Shown here piece by piece: positions 9,572 to 19,265 of a DNA stretch of 64,000 nucleotides; the first letter of the stretch is position 1, and every line of letters begins with the position of its first letter. The DNA is from a virus: IMG/VR virus record IMGVR_UViG_3300032087_002755; one strand, 5' to 3'. The notes under the pieces are model-generated. The model had not been told where the DNA came from. It saw nothing but the letters and a program-made list of their open reading frames with translations, and did not search any database. Both the position numbers and the translations under genes were made by a program.

Positions 9572-10854
9572 TGAAATCATTCAGTGCATTTTTAACAGAA
9601 GCTAAAGACAAAGGTGTAGTGTTTACCTTTGGTCGATTCAATCCACCTACAACAGGTCATGCAAAGTTAGTAGACAAACTTAAGAAAGAATCAAAAGGTG
9701 ATGACGTTCTATTATTCACTTCACACTCAAATGACAGGGTTAAAAATCCACTATCACATAAAGACAAAATCAAATACTTAAGAAATTTCTTTGGAAAGAT
9801 TGTTCCTGATGCAAATGCAAGAACAGTATTTGAGATTGCAACACAATTACATAATAAAAAATACAAAAGAATAAAAATGGTTGTCGGTTCAGATAGAATT
9901 AGAGAATTTGAAAACCTATTAAACAAATACAACGGAGTGAAAGCACGTCACGGATTCTATAAGTTTGACGAAATCAATATAGTATCTGCTGGTGAAAGAG
10001 ACCCCGATTCAGATGATGTCAGTGGAATGTCTGCAAGTAAACTCAGAGGATATGCAGAGAAGGGTGACTTTGATAATTTCAAACAAGGTGTTCCAACAAA
10101 GAACAAAGGATTGATTCAGAAACTTTATAACGATATCCGTAAAGGAATGGGTATTGCAGAAGGAACACTACCACACTACATGGTTGAAGATTTAGTTAAA
10201 GAAGGAGTCTATGACCCAGGCACCTTTAAAGCAGTTTTCCTAAGTGGTGGGCCAGGCAGTGGTAAATCTGCAGTCGTAAAGAAATTAGCTTTGACTGCAC
10301 TTGGTTTAAAAATGGTCAACACTGATAAAGCATTTGAGAACGGACTAAAGAAAGCAGGAATGTCACTTGACCTTAGAGGTGCAGACTTTACTAAAGTAGA
10401 CCCTATCCGTGCAAAAGCAAAAAGTATTACAGGTAAAAATCTAGAATCCTATATCGAAGGAAGACTAGGTCTTATCTTTGACACTACAAGTGCAAAGTCG
10501 GGTAAGATTAAGAACTACAAAAAACTGTTAGACACATTAGGATATGAATACAAAATGGTATTTGTTAATGCAAGTCTAGACAATGCACAAAAAAGAAATG
10601 ACTTGAGGTCTAGAAAATTACCATCTGAGATTGTAAAACAAGATTGGGACGCTGCACAAAAAAATGCAAAAGAATATAAATCAATCTTTGGTAAAGACTT
10701 TGTAGAGATTAAGAATGATGACGACCTTGCAACACTAGATAAAAAAGCAAATTCACTATACAGTAAACTGTTAGGTTGGTCTACTTCATTCCCTAAAAAC
10801 AAACTTGCATTACAATGGAAGCAACGAGAGTTGGATGCAAAACGAACTAAATAG
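9571..10854 (+). CDS. HxGH cytidylyltransferase-like domain fused to P-loop kinase
   Basis: FTFGRFNPPTTGH, VGSDR and MSASKLR in N-half; FLSGGPGSGKS and IFDTT in C-half. Confidence 0.85.
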   Translation: MKSFSAFLTEAKDKGVVFTFGRFNPPTTGHAKLVDKLKKESKGDDVLLFTSHSNDRVKNPLSHKDKIKYLRNFFGKIVPDANARTVFEIATQLHNKKYKRIKMVVGSDRIREFENLLNKYNGVKARHGFYKFDEINIVSAGERDPDSDDVSGMSASKLRGYAEKGDFDNFKQGVPTKNKGLIQKLYNDIRKGMGIAEGTLPHYMVEDLVKEGVYDPGTFKAVFLSGGPGSGKSAVVKKLALTALGLKMVNTDKAFENGLKKAGMSLDLRGADFTKVDPIRAKAKSITGKNLESYIEGRLGLIFDTTSAKSGKIKNYKKLLDTLGYEYKMVFVNASLDNAQKRNDLRSRKLPSEIVKQDWDAAQKNAKEYKSIFGKDFVEIKNDDDLATLDKKANSLYSKLLGWSTSFPKNKLALQWKQRELDAKRTK

Positions 10855-10858
10855 TATT

Positions 10859-12193
10859 ATGTTAGAAGAACTTAGAGAAAAATTACGTAAGACCCAACAA
10901 GACAAAGAAGTTGAAGGCAAGAAAGGTTCTCAACCTAAGAAGTATTATGCTAAAGACGCAGACGGAGACGAAATGTCTAAGTCTACAAAAGATAAACGTG
11001 CATCTCACTTTGCTAATAATAAAGATAAAGAAGGTGAAGATGCATTTAAACCAGCACCAGGCGATTCACAAGCTGATACTAAACCTTCACAACACACTAA
11101 GAAGTATAAGAAAATGTTCGGAGAAGGTGCAGCCGATAAGTCACTTCAAAAGAAAGCAGATAAGAGTGGAATGCCAGTTGGTATTCTAAAACAAGTCTAC
11201 AAACGTGGTGTTGCAGCTTGGAAAGGTGGTCACAGGCCAGGCACTACACCCGAACAGTGGGGACATGCACGCGTCAATTCCTTTGTAACAAAATCAAAAG
11301 GAACATGGGGTGGTGCAGACCAAGACCTTGCAAAGAAAGTACAAGGTAAATCAGAGTCAATCGAAGAAGCAGTTGATATCAAAAAAGCACTTAAGAAAGT
11401 TAAAGGTCTAACTAAAAAACAATTAGAAGTGTTATCAACAATGAACACTACTCAGATATCAGTTGTTGTCAATCAATTATCTTCACTTGTCATGGGTGAA
11501 GCAATAAAAGAAGGTAAACTTGTAACTGATTGGAGAAGTATTTTAGATTACATATTCAAAAATATCAAAAAAATGATTGAAAAAGAATATGAAAAGAATC
11601 CCGAAAAAGGTTTAGGAATGATTAATCAGTTGGGTTCATATGTTAAAATGAAAGTCACCGATAAGAAACAAGAGAAGGGAAAACTATTCCTTAAGTTTGG
11701 TGAGGAGTTAGCAGAAGACGCTGCAGTAGACGCTGCAAACCTAAAAGCAAAACAAGTTGAAGAACTTGAGAGATTAAAACAAAGACATGAAGAAGAGTTA
11801 GAAGCACTTACTGATAGACACGAAAGAGAAACCGAGAAGGTTGCAAAACAAAAAGAAAAAGAAACACTAGACAAACAGATTCAATCAAAACGTGAAGCAG
11901 ATAGAAAAGCTGCAGAAAAAACAAACGAAGAAAGAGATTACAAAAAGGAGTATGAGAATTACCACTCAGACCCCGAACAAATTAAAAGACGTGCAAAAAG
12001 AAATGAAGCACGTAGAAGTCTTAAAGATAGAAAAGACATTAAAGGAAAAGACGTACACCATAAGGATAACAATCCTATGAACAATGACAAGTCTAATCTA
12101 TCAATTGTATCTCAAAAATACAACAGAACAGAACCAAGACTTAGAAAACTTAAAGAAAAGGGGTGTTTACCAAATGCCAAAAAACGGAAATAA
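10859..12193 (+). CDS. multidomain Lys/Glu-rich protein with C-terminal HNH-like module
   Basis: ATG 5 nt after ACTAAATA; VYKRGVAAW...WGHARVNSF module; RDYKKEY...KDVHHKDNNPMNN...NR. Confidence 0.75.
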   Translation: MLEELREKLRKTQQDKEVEGKKGSQPKKYYAKDADGDEMSKSTKDKRASHFANNKDKEGEDAFKPAPGDSQADTKPSQHTKKYKKMFGEGAADKSLQKKADKSGMPVGILKQVYKRGVAAWKGGHRPGTTPEQWGHARVNSFVTKSKGTWGGADQDLAKKVQGKSESIEEAVDIKKALKKVKGLTKKQLEVLSTMNTTQISVVVNQLSSLVMGEAIKEGKLVTDWRSILDYIFKNIKKMIEKEYEKNPEKGLGMINQLGSYVKMKVTDKKQEKGKLFLKFGEELAEDAAVDAANLKAKQVEELERLKQRHEEELEALTDRHERETEKVAKQKEKETLDKQIQSKREADRKAAEKTNEERDYKKEYENYHSDPEQIKRRAKRNEARRSLKDRKDIKGKDVHHKDNNPMNNDKSNLSIVSQKYNRTEPRLRKLKEKGCLPNAKKRK

Positions 12194-12857
12194 ACACGAC
12201 AACGGAGTACACGAACTCGGTACAGACGAAACAGTAAAAGCATATCAAGAAGATACGCCTGGTCAAGCAGTAGAAAAATACGTAAAAGAAAACCAAAAGT
12301 CATATCACGATTCAAAGAAAACTTTTTCTCAAATTGCAATCAACGAAACACTTGATACACTCCAACAAGAAAAAACCAATCTACTAGACAATCCATTCCG
12401 TTTAGGTTCTATGATGTATTTTGAAACGATTAAAGAAGCACGTAGATTAGTTACAGAAGACAGATACAAACTTACCGAAGTAGATAAGAACATTTTAGAT
12501 ACAGATATCGGACAGTTTGAAGTATATGAGGGGGAGTTAGTACCATTAGATTGTCCTCAATGGGAACCCATAAACGAAGAAGAAGAACCCGAACTCAACA
12601 AACCAAAAGCAGGTGGCCCTAAGAAATACTATGTATACGTTAGAGACCCACAAACTAAAAAGATTAAAAAAGTCACATGGGGAGACACTACAGGTCTCAA
12701 AGTGAAACTCGGAAACGAGAAAGCAAGAAAATCCTTCGCTGCACGACATAAGTGTTCACAACAGAAAGATAAAACTACTGCATCATATTGGGCATGTAGA
12801 TTACCTTACTATGCAAAACAGTTAGGTCTTTCAGACGGAGGAAATTTTTATTGGTAA
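12174..12857 (+). CDS. conserved T4-like phage protein (DUF6321-like C-terminal module)
   Basis: KKYYVYV...KKVTWGD...ARKSFAARHKC...TASYWAC; start at 12174 inferred. Confidence 0.7.
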   Translation: MPKNGNKHDNGVHELGTDETVKAYQEDTPGQAVEKYVKENQKSYHDSKKTFSQIAINETLDTLQQEKTNLLDNPFRLGSMMYFETIKEARRLVTEDRYKLTEVDKNILDTDIGQFEVYEGELVPLDCPQWEPINEEEEPELNKPKAGGPKKYYVYVRDPQTKKIKKVTWGDTTGLKVKLGNEKARKSFAARHKCSQQKDKTTASYWACRLPYYAKQLGLSDGGNFYW

Positions 12858-12869
12858 TGGAGATACATA

Positions 12870-13127
12870 ATGAAAAAAGAATTATATCATACTTATGCAA
12901 AAGACGACAGATATGCTGAAGTCTTTAAGTCAAAAGAAGGTTTTGAAGTAGACCTATACGAAGAGAAAAAACTCTTAGAAACAAGACAACTATACAATCA
13001 TTCAGAATCATATGCAGAAGATTGTGCCGACAATTGGGTTCAAGGTGTGTTTAATATAGAGAAAGAAGGAAGTTTCTATGGTTATAACGAAAAGTCTGAT
13101 AACTTCTACCCCGAGATAGATGACTAA
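12870..13127 (+). CDS. hypothetical protein
   Basis: SD GGAG; HSESYAEDCADNWV motif. Confidence 0.7.
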   Translation: MKKELYHTYAKDDRYAEVFKSKEGFEVDLYEEKKLLETRQLYNHSESYAEDCADNWVQGVFNIEKEGSFYGYNEKSDNFYPEIDD

Positions 13128-13425
13128 CCCTTATAAAGACCAAGTATATACCCAACACGGGACTGAACTGAAATACGTCATTAGAACGTTTCTAAGGGAC
13201 GTAGAGGTAGAGGAATTAGTTTGGCATAGGGACGATTCAAACAGAACCGTTCATATATTAGGGGGTGAAGGCTGGAAGTTACAGAAAGATGACGAACTAC
13301 CAGTTGAATTGGAAATAGGGAAAGATTATTACATACTGAAAGACCAGTATCATAGATTATTAAAAGGTGAAGGAGACTTAGTTCTTCGAATAGAAAATGT
13401 ACATTCATTTACAAAACAGGAATAA
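13120..13425 (+). CDS. cupin-like protein
   Basis: ELVWHRD...GWKLQ...YHRLLKG. Confidence 0.65.
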   Translation: MTNPYKDQVYTQHGTELKYVIRTFLRDVEVEELVWHRDDSNRTVHILGGEGWKLQKDDELPVELEIGKDYYILKDQYHRLLKGEGDLVLRIENVHSFTKQE

Positions 13426-13819
13426 AGAAAAGAAGGATTTGTGTCTTGAATGTGGACTTTGTTGTAATGGAAAGTTATTCAAACAAATGATAATTACTCC
13501 TGAAGAGAGTAGATATTTTAAGAAAGATAAAACCCTTTTAAAAAGTATAGAGTTAATTGCAACCGATAATGGTAGAAAGTCCGTACATTCTTACGTAAAA
13601 CTCCAAGCTTGTGACAATTTAGAGGAAGATAATAAGTGTTCAATCTATGAAAACAGACCACAAGTCTGCAGAGATTTTAAATGTGGAGTGTTAAAGTCAT
13701 ATGAAAAAGGAAATATGCACTGGAACACTGCACTAAATATTATCGAAGGAGTAAAGAATACACCTTCACGAGCAGGAGATAGGAAGAAACTGCTCAATAT
13801 TATGAACCTAAAGAACTAA
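13397..13819 (+). CDS. YkgJ-family cysteine cluster (CxxCxxCC) protein
   Basis: CLECGLCC...C...CSIYENRPQVCRDFKC. Confidence 0.85.
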   Translation: MYIHLQNRNKEKKDLCLECGLCCNGKLFKQMIITPEESRYFKKDKTLLKSIELIATDNGRKSVHSYVKLQACDNLEEDNKCSIYENRPQVCRDFKCGVLKSYEKGNMHWNTALNIIEGVKNTPSRAGDRKKLLNIMNLKN

Positions 13820-13839
13820 AAATTATAAATAATACTGTT

Positions 13840-14427
13840 ATGAGTTATAAATCAGAAAACTGGAAAGAAAAACTAGAACAAGTCCGTGGACACATTGCTT
13901 TAAAAGAAGGTAGTGTAGAAAAGACTGCAGACGAAATAATTAACGAAGATATCGAAAACGACCTTTTAACTGGATTCGAAGAAGACGTTAATCTTGAAGA
14001 AGAGTTAATCTTAGAAGCCTCAATGGGTGATGCAATTAAGAAAGTATTCAAAACCGATAGTGAAACAGAATCACTAGGTATTGCAAAACTTCTTAGTATG
14101 ACAGACGTTAAAGTTGCACTCCAAATGCAGAAACAAAATCCAAAAGGATTTAAGAAAACTACATTCGCTATGGGTGCAGATAACAGTCAGAGAGACATGA
14201 TTAAGGATAAAGACCTTCAAAGAATGTTTAAGAAAGCTGGTGTCAAACCATTAGACGATGAAGTTCAAGTTCAAGAAGAAAAACCAGTAAAAGAATCAGT
14301 AGAGAAATCTGCAGAAAAACTCGTAGAAAAAAATATGCTTGGTAGACTTGCAAAACAATTACATTTAACAACAGAAGGTAAACAGAAAATGTTTGACTAC
14401 TTCGAAAAAGGGGAATTAGAACAATGA
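13840..14427 (+). CDS. putative internal head protein
   Basis: TATAAATA at 13824; Lys/Glu-rich; repeated (L/I)xE sites. Confidence 0.6.
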   Translation: MSYKSENWKEKLEQVRGHIALKEGSVEKTADEIINEDIENDLLTGFEEDVNLEEELILEASMGDAIKKVFKTDSETESLGIAKLLSMTDVKVALQMQKQNPKGFKKTTFAMGADNSQRDMIKDKDLQRMFKKAGVKPLDDEVQVQEEKPVKESVEKSAEKLVEKNMLGRLAKQLHLTTEGKQKMFDYFEKGELEQ

Positions 14428-14747
14428 AACTAACATCAATGGGTCTATCACCCGAATTACTAGAAGCGTCTAGAACGGTTTTACAGAACTCAAAAGAGTA
14501 CGAAGATTTCTTTCAAGCAACACTTAAAAAGTTTGGTGTAACTTCACCTGCTGAATTAGATGGAGAAAAGAAAAAAGAATTCTTTGACTATATCGATAAG
14601 AACTGGAAAGGTGACGATGAGAAGAAAGAAGAAGTAAAAGAAGGAGAACTTCCACCTGCGTTAAAGAAAGCAATCGATAAGAAAAAAGAGGACGAAGACG
14701 AGTCAGACGATGACGATGACGATGACGAAGATAAAGACGAGGACTAG
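14424..14747 (+). CDS. acidic-tailed putative head protein
   Basis: YEDFF...KKEFFDYIDKNWK and GELPPALKKAI modules; Asp/Glu tail. Confidence 0.65.
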   Translation: MKLTSMGLSPELLEASRTVLQNSKEYEDFFQATLKKFGVTSPAELDGEKKKEFFDYIDKNWKGDDEKKEEVKEGELPPALKKAIDKKKEDEDESDDDDDDDEDKDED

Positions 14748-14749
14748 TC

Positions 14750-16414
14750 ATGAATTTGTTTTACGAGGCAAAAAAGGTATTAGATAAGGACGGGAAAGTT
14801 AATCCACTCGGCCCTTACGGAAAACAGAAACTTACAGGACGTGAGATTCAAGTCTATTTCAGACGAAACAAAGTTAAAGACAAAATAGTTAAGAAAGCAG
14901 TCGAGGTTGCATTAGACCTTGGTGGTGCAATGGATATTGCAATCAAATCCATTAGAGACTATTATGGGGATAAAGTCCTAAAATCAAAAGAAGTTCAAAC
15001 TGCACTTAAATTTGCAAACGAAGAATCATTCAAAGATTCATTCAATATGTTAGACGAAGATTACAAAAAAGTAATCAAAATGTATCCAAGAGACAGAGAT
15101 TGGAAAAAACTTATCACAAAACATAAACGTGCAATTGACTCAGTCAGAAAAAACGATGAAGATTTACCTAAAAAAGTAGAAGACGAATTACTAACATGGG
15201 CTTCACAAGCAGGTGAAGTGGGTAGTAAAGACGATGCAGAAGACTTCATAATGTCAATTATTGACGAAGGAACATTGTCAGAAGGTAAGAATCTTATGCC
15301 TGATATCCAAAAGATAGTTGACACTAAGGGTGCAGCTAAAGTCGGTGGTATAATGGTTGATATGTTTACTGCTTCAATGATTTCACAAATCTATGGTAAA
15401 GTAAACGACTCAAACAAAAAGAAAATGGAGAAGTCAAATATCTCTACACTTGTTGACCTTGCACAAAAAATGATGCAGAAAATGGGTGACAATATTGCAG
15501 AAGAAGTAAACCTACAAGAAGGAACATGGGCAGTCCCCGATTCATATACTAAACTAGTTAAACTCAATAAGTTCTTAAGTAAACCAGCAAACTTCAAAGA
15601 TGCACAATCCGTTCATAGATGGCACGTCCAAGCAGATGCACACTTCGGTGACGATTCATTCTCAGACGATATAGATGCATACAAGACTACACTTAAGGGT
15701 GGAGAAAATGATTTCTATGACAGAGGAAGTGTGCATAGTAAAGAATATATTGACCGCATGAAGAAATACAATAAGATTAAAGCTGGAACAGACTTAAGAG
15801 ACGTTTTAGAGAAAGAATTAACAGATTGGACTGGTGGTGTTTTGAAATTCAAAAATCACGAGATTGTTCAAATGCCAAGAGATTGGTATATGAAAGATAA
15901 TCCAAATGAAAAAGACGATAAGTCTCCAGTAAAAGCAAAATTAGAGTCAGTAGATTACCATACAAATGTAATCGTTGAAAAGTTCAAAAGAGGTAAAGGA
16001 AGATTGAAGTTTAAGAAATCTCCTCCAATCAAAGTAGAAGGTAATGCAGTATCAAGAGCTCAACAAGCTGCAATTGCAATTGCAAAGAAAAAGAAAAACG
16101 AATCTATTATGGATTCATACAGACAAATGTGGGAATCTGAAACCCTTGAAGAGAAAAAAGAGTTCAAACAGAAAGATATCGATATAGTTGCAAAACTTAC
16201 CGATAGAAACGAACACACATTATCACTTATGCATATTGCAAAAGCAGTAGGTGATAGGAAGGCAGGAAAAAAACTAGAATTAATTAGTAAGATGCATATG
16301 GAATACGGTTCTATGACTAAAGACCTTATGAACATGAGAAACGAAATCTATGACAATTTGAAGAAAGAAATGATGAAGTATTCGAATGGTAAAGACATGT
16401 ATAATGCAACATAA
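14750..16414 (+). CDS. modular Lys/Glu-rich protein, putative internal head polyprotein
   Basis: Short modules separated by LDE/LSE/LQE/LEE; VSRAQQAAIAIAKK motif. Confidence 0.7.
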   Translation: MNLFYEAKKVLDKDGKVNPLGPYGKQKLTGREIQVYFRRNKVKDKIVKKAVEVALDLGGAMDIAIKSIRDYYGDKVLKSKEVQTALKFANEESFKDSFNMLDEDYKKVIKMYPRDRDWKKLITKHKRAIDSVRKNDEDLPKKVEDELLTWASQAGEVGSKDDAEDFIMSIIDEGTLSEGKNLMPDIQKIVDTKGAAKVGGIMVDMFTASMISQIYGKVNDSNKKKMEKSNISTLVDLAQKMMQKMGDNIAEEVNLQEGTWAVPDSYTKLVKLNKFLSKPANFKDAQSVHRWHVQADAHFGDDSFSDDIDAYKTTLKGGENDFYDRGSVHSKEYIDRMKKYNKIKAGTDLRDVLEKELTDWTGGVLKFKNHEIVQMPRDWYMKDNPNEKDDKSPVKAKLESVDYHTNVIVEKFKRGKGRLKFKKSPPIKVEGNAVSRAQQAAIAIAKKKKNESIMDSYRQMWESETLEEKKEFKQKDIDIVAKLTDRNEHTLSLMHIAKAVGDRKAGKKLELISKMHMEYGSMTKDLMNMRNEIYDNLKKEMMKYSNGKDMYNAT

Positions 16415-16416
16415 CA

Positions 16417-16952
16417 TGAAAGATTTATTTAAAACATATCGTGAGATGCACTTACAAGAAGTGCAACAAAAAGAAGTTGATTCACTGAAAAAACTATCTA
16501 AAGATATGCAAGCAGTTCTAAAGGGTTATCAGAAGATTGCTAAAATGGGTGACAAAGAACTTAGGGACATGAAGTATAATAAAGATTACGAAGCAGTCCT
16601 TAAAGCAAGAGATGTAATCGTCTCATTGATTGGTAAAGTAAACACTCAAAAACTTTTAAATAAAGAAGAGACAACAGTAGACTTAGACGAAAGAATAAAT
16701 TTTCATGGTAAAAGTCCTGCTGAAAAAAAGAACTCAGAGTTCGATAGAAAATCAGAAATCAATGGTTATAAAAAGATTTTAAAGTCTATTGAAAAGATTA
16801 ACAAAGACCACGAGAAGTTTCAATATAACAATCGTGCATACGGCCCATCTAATATATTTAAAGGTCTACAAGAAGTTGAAAAAGCATGTTATGACATGAT
16901 ACGAGAAATAGAACAAGGCAAATGGGACGGTAAAGTGGACTTAGACTCATAA
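16417..16952 (+). CDS. putative internal head protein
   Basis: MKDLFKTYREMHLQE N-terminus; Lys/Glu-rich. Confidence 0.65.
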
Positions 16953-17491
16953 TGGATAAAGTAGACGCAAGATACAGAACGTTTAAAGAGAAACTTAAGA
17001 AACTCGGATACGTTAAAACAGACGCAAAAAAAGTCAATGCAGTCATGGAAAAGATTGGTGACTTTGGAATGATGTCAGACGCAGGTAATAAGAAGATTGC
17101 ACGTGCAGTATCACAAGCAAAGAACGAGAAAGATTTAAAAGACAAGTTAGATAAAATATCTACAATGGCAAAAGGTAAGTATGCAGAAGCTGAAGAAGAC
17201 GAGGTGTATCAAAGAGCATTAGATGCATTTCAATCTAAAGCAAAAGGGGTTCAGAATAGACCCGACGCTGCAATGCTAATGCAATTACGTAAGTTCAAAG
17301 ACGGAACCAAGGACGGTGAAGTCAGAACAGACGATATGAAGAAAATTAAGGTAAAAAACTCCGATGCGGTGAAAGTTCATGACGTTTTAATGAAGCTTAA
17401 GACACCCCTTCGGTCTAAATACCTACAGTTATTACAAAAAGACAAAAAGTCTTTTGATAAGGCATTTAAAGCAATCTTAAGGGTTGCATAA
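16952..17491 (+). CDS. putative internal head protein
   Basis: VDARYRTFKEKLKKLGY module; DFGMMSDAGNKKIA module. Confidence 0.65.
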   Translation: MDKVDARYRTFKEKLKKLGYVKTDAKKVNAVMEKIGDFGMMSDAGNKKIARAVSQAKNEKDLKDKLDKISTMAKGKYAEAEEDEVYQRALDAFQSKAKGVQNRPDAAMLMQLRKFKDGTKDGEVRTDDMKKIKVKNSDAVKVHDVLMKLKTPLRSKYLQLLQKDKKSFDKAFKAILRVA

Positions 17492-17505
17492 TATAGGAGA
17501 AGAAA

Positions 17506-17790
17506 ATGGCACTTTGGGGATTATTAGACAACGAAGCTTCTAAACCAAAATATCTTAACACTGCTGATAAAGCAGAATGTTACGGTGCTGATACAGCTGA
17601 GGTCGGTGCGACTGCTGGTGTAAATTCTGAAGGTTGGGTATTAAGAAAAGTAGTAGGGTCAAGAACTCAATTTGAAACATTGGTTGCAATGTCTTCAGGT
17701 TCAATGGGTGCTGACGTTGCTGACTTTGATGACGACTCAGACGTGAATACACCTGATGTTGATGACGATACAGTATTATCAGATAGTTAA
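17506..17790 (+). CDS. conserved T4-like phage protein (MALWG...GWV...ETLVAM)
   Basis: SD AGGAG; motif pattern; acidic tail. Confidence 0.7.
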   Translation: MALWGLLDNEASKPKYLNTADKAECYGADTAEVGATAGVNSEGWVLRKVVGSRTQFETLVAMSSGSMGADVADFDDDSDVNTPDVDDDTVLSDS

Positions 17791-17803
17791 TAGAGGATAA
17801 ATT

Positions 17804-18244
17804 ATGAAAACATTTAAAAACTTTATCTTGGAAGACGGTGGAAGTCAGATTCCAACAGACGGTCTTGGACTTTTTGCAAGTTCAGCTGGACTCAGTTCAG
17901 AAAAGGTACCACATGATATAGACGATGCAGACGTTAAAGCTAAGGTTAATGCAATCTTAGGTCAAGCTGCAGTGTCAGAATGGTTAAATCCAAAAGCCTG
18001 TGTTGCACAAATGGAAGCAAAACTTTCTCTATTAGGACTAAACAAAACAGGTGAATCAGACATAGAATTCACTGAAGGTAATGGTTCTTTCGACATTCAA
18101 TTCAACAGATATGGTGTTGTAACTGGTAAAACAGTTGATACACCTCATGACGAATTTGAAAGAGAAGAAAAAATCGTATCACTTAACGTGAAATACGAAC
18201 AGAACGAAAACGGAACATATAAAGTTATCGGTTCTTTAGTTTAA
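17804..18244 (+). CDS. hypothetical protein with capsid-targeting-like N-terminus
   Basis: MKTFKNFILE resembles T4 internal-protein CTS MKTYQEFIAE. Confidence 0.7.
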   Translation: MKTFKNFILEDGGSQIPTDGLGLFASSAGLSSEKVPHDIDDADVKAKVNAILGQAAVSEWLNPKACVAQMEAKLSLLGLNKTGESDIEFTEGNGSFDIQFNRYGVVTGKTVDTPHDEFEREEKIVSLNVKYEQNENGTYKVIGSLV

Positions 18245-18248
18245 AGTA

Positions 18249-18266
18249 GTGTCCCTTCGGGGACAC
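18249..18266 (+). terminator. stable cUUCGg hairpin (terminator or mRNA stabiliser)
   Basis: GTGTCCC-TTCG-GGGACAC right after a stop codon; no U-tract. Confidence 0.55.
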
Positions 18267-18283
18267 CTACATACTATTACATT

Positions 18284-18655
18284 ATGAGTCTATTTGACAA
18301 AATCACAGCAAAAAACTTTACGGCATATGCAATGAAGCACTATGACGACCCTCAATGTGAAGACATAGAGGATTTTCAAGAAGACCTTCGCAGATTCAGA
18401 TACCTTAAAAGATTATTACATAGATACCATGAAAATGGTGAATTACGTGAGCGTTTAATGCTGAATCACCTCATATGTATCTTTAATGTCTTTGGATATG
18501 ACGCTTGCATGAGAATGTTAGAGTTCAAAATCAAAGATAACAACTACTGGTCTTCTATAAAAACTATGTTATTATTCCTAGGATACATAGAAGAAGGTTG
18601 GAAAACTGAAATTCAAATTGACGAAAAGTTAGCAGAACGGTTAAGAGACCTTTAA
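18284..18655 (+). CDS. conserved T4-like phage protein
   Basis: YAMKHYDDPQC...EDLRRFRYLKRLL...LRERLMLNHLI...NVFG. Confidence 0.8.
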   Translation: MSLFDKITAKNFTAYAMKHYDDPQCEDIEDFQEDLRRFRYLKRLLHRYHENGELRERLMLNHLICIFNVFGYDACMRMLEFKIKDNNYWSSIKTMLLFLGYIEEGWKTEIQIDEKLAERLRDL

Positions 18656-18674
18656 AAATACCTAAATAGATTAT

Positions 18675-19265
18675 ATGCGTATAGTCGACACACTCATAGT
18701 ATTCCGAATTCTTAAGATGTTAACCACACCTTGGAATAAAATGCAGGCTTTTAAGTTTGGTTTTATTGACATGAACGGAAACAGAATCAAAGAAATTGAG
18801 GACGAGAACGGGAAAATGGTTAAAAATGAACCAGTCACAAAAAAAGAAAAGTCTTCCCTCACTCCTCTACATAGATTGGTATTCAATCTTAAAAAAATAA
18901 TCAACAAAGTTCCATTCGGTAAAACTCAATTTGCATCATATGTCACTGCACTTTTATTACTTAAAGAAGAATGTGATTTAGACAATGAACAAGCAGAAGA
19001 GTTATACGAGAAGTTCTACAGATTCCTAAAAGACGAAGATTTATTACAACCCGAAATGATTACAGAAACAATCAATGTCGGTAGATTAGAATTGGGAGAA
19101 ACATATAATATTAGATTCCCACTCAAACAGCAAGGTGATATAATACACCAACATAGAGACCAAGTCCTTGTTCACTCTGAATACGAAAAGATATATGGTA
19201 TTCAAACATACATTGGATTTGTTAACGAAGAGAGAGTCATATTGACTGCAGATGATGTTTATTGA
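18675..19265 (+). CDS. conserved T4-like phage protein
   Basis: FRILKMLTTPW...AFKFGFID...HRLVFNLKK; CCTAAATA 6 nt upstream. Confidence 0.75.
   Translation: MRIVDTLIVFRILKMLTTPWNKMQAFKFGFIDMNGNRIKEIEDENGKMVKNEPVTKKEKSSLTPLHRLVFNLKKIINKVPFGKTQFASYVTALLLLKEECDLDNEQAEELYEKFYRFLKDEDLLQPEMITETINVGRLELGETYNIRFPLKQQGDIIHQHRDQVLVHSEYEKIYGIQTYIGFVNEERVILTADDVY

Noticed and set aside
14688-14744. GAY/GAR trinucleotide tract as a microsatellite
   Set aside because: It encodes an acidic protein tail with mixed synonymous codons
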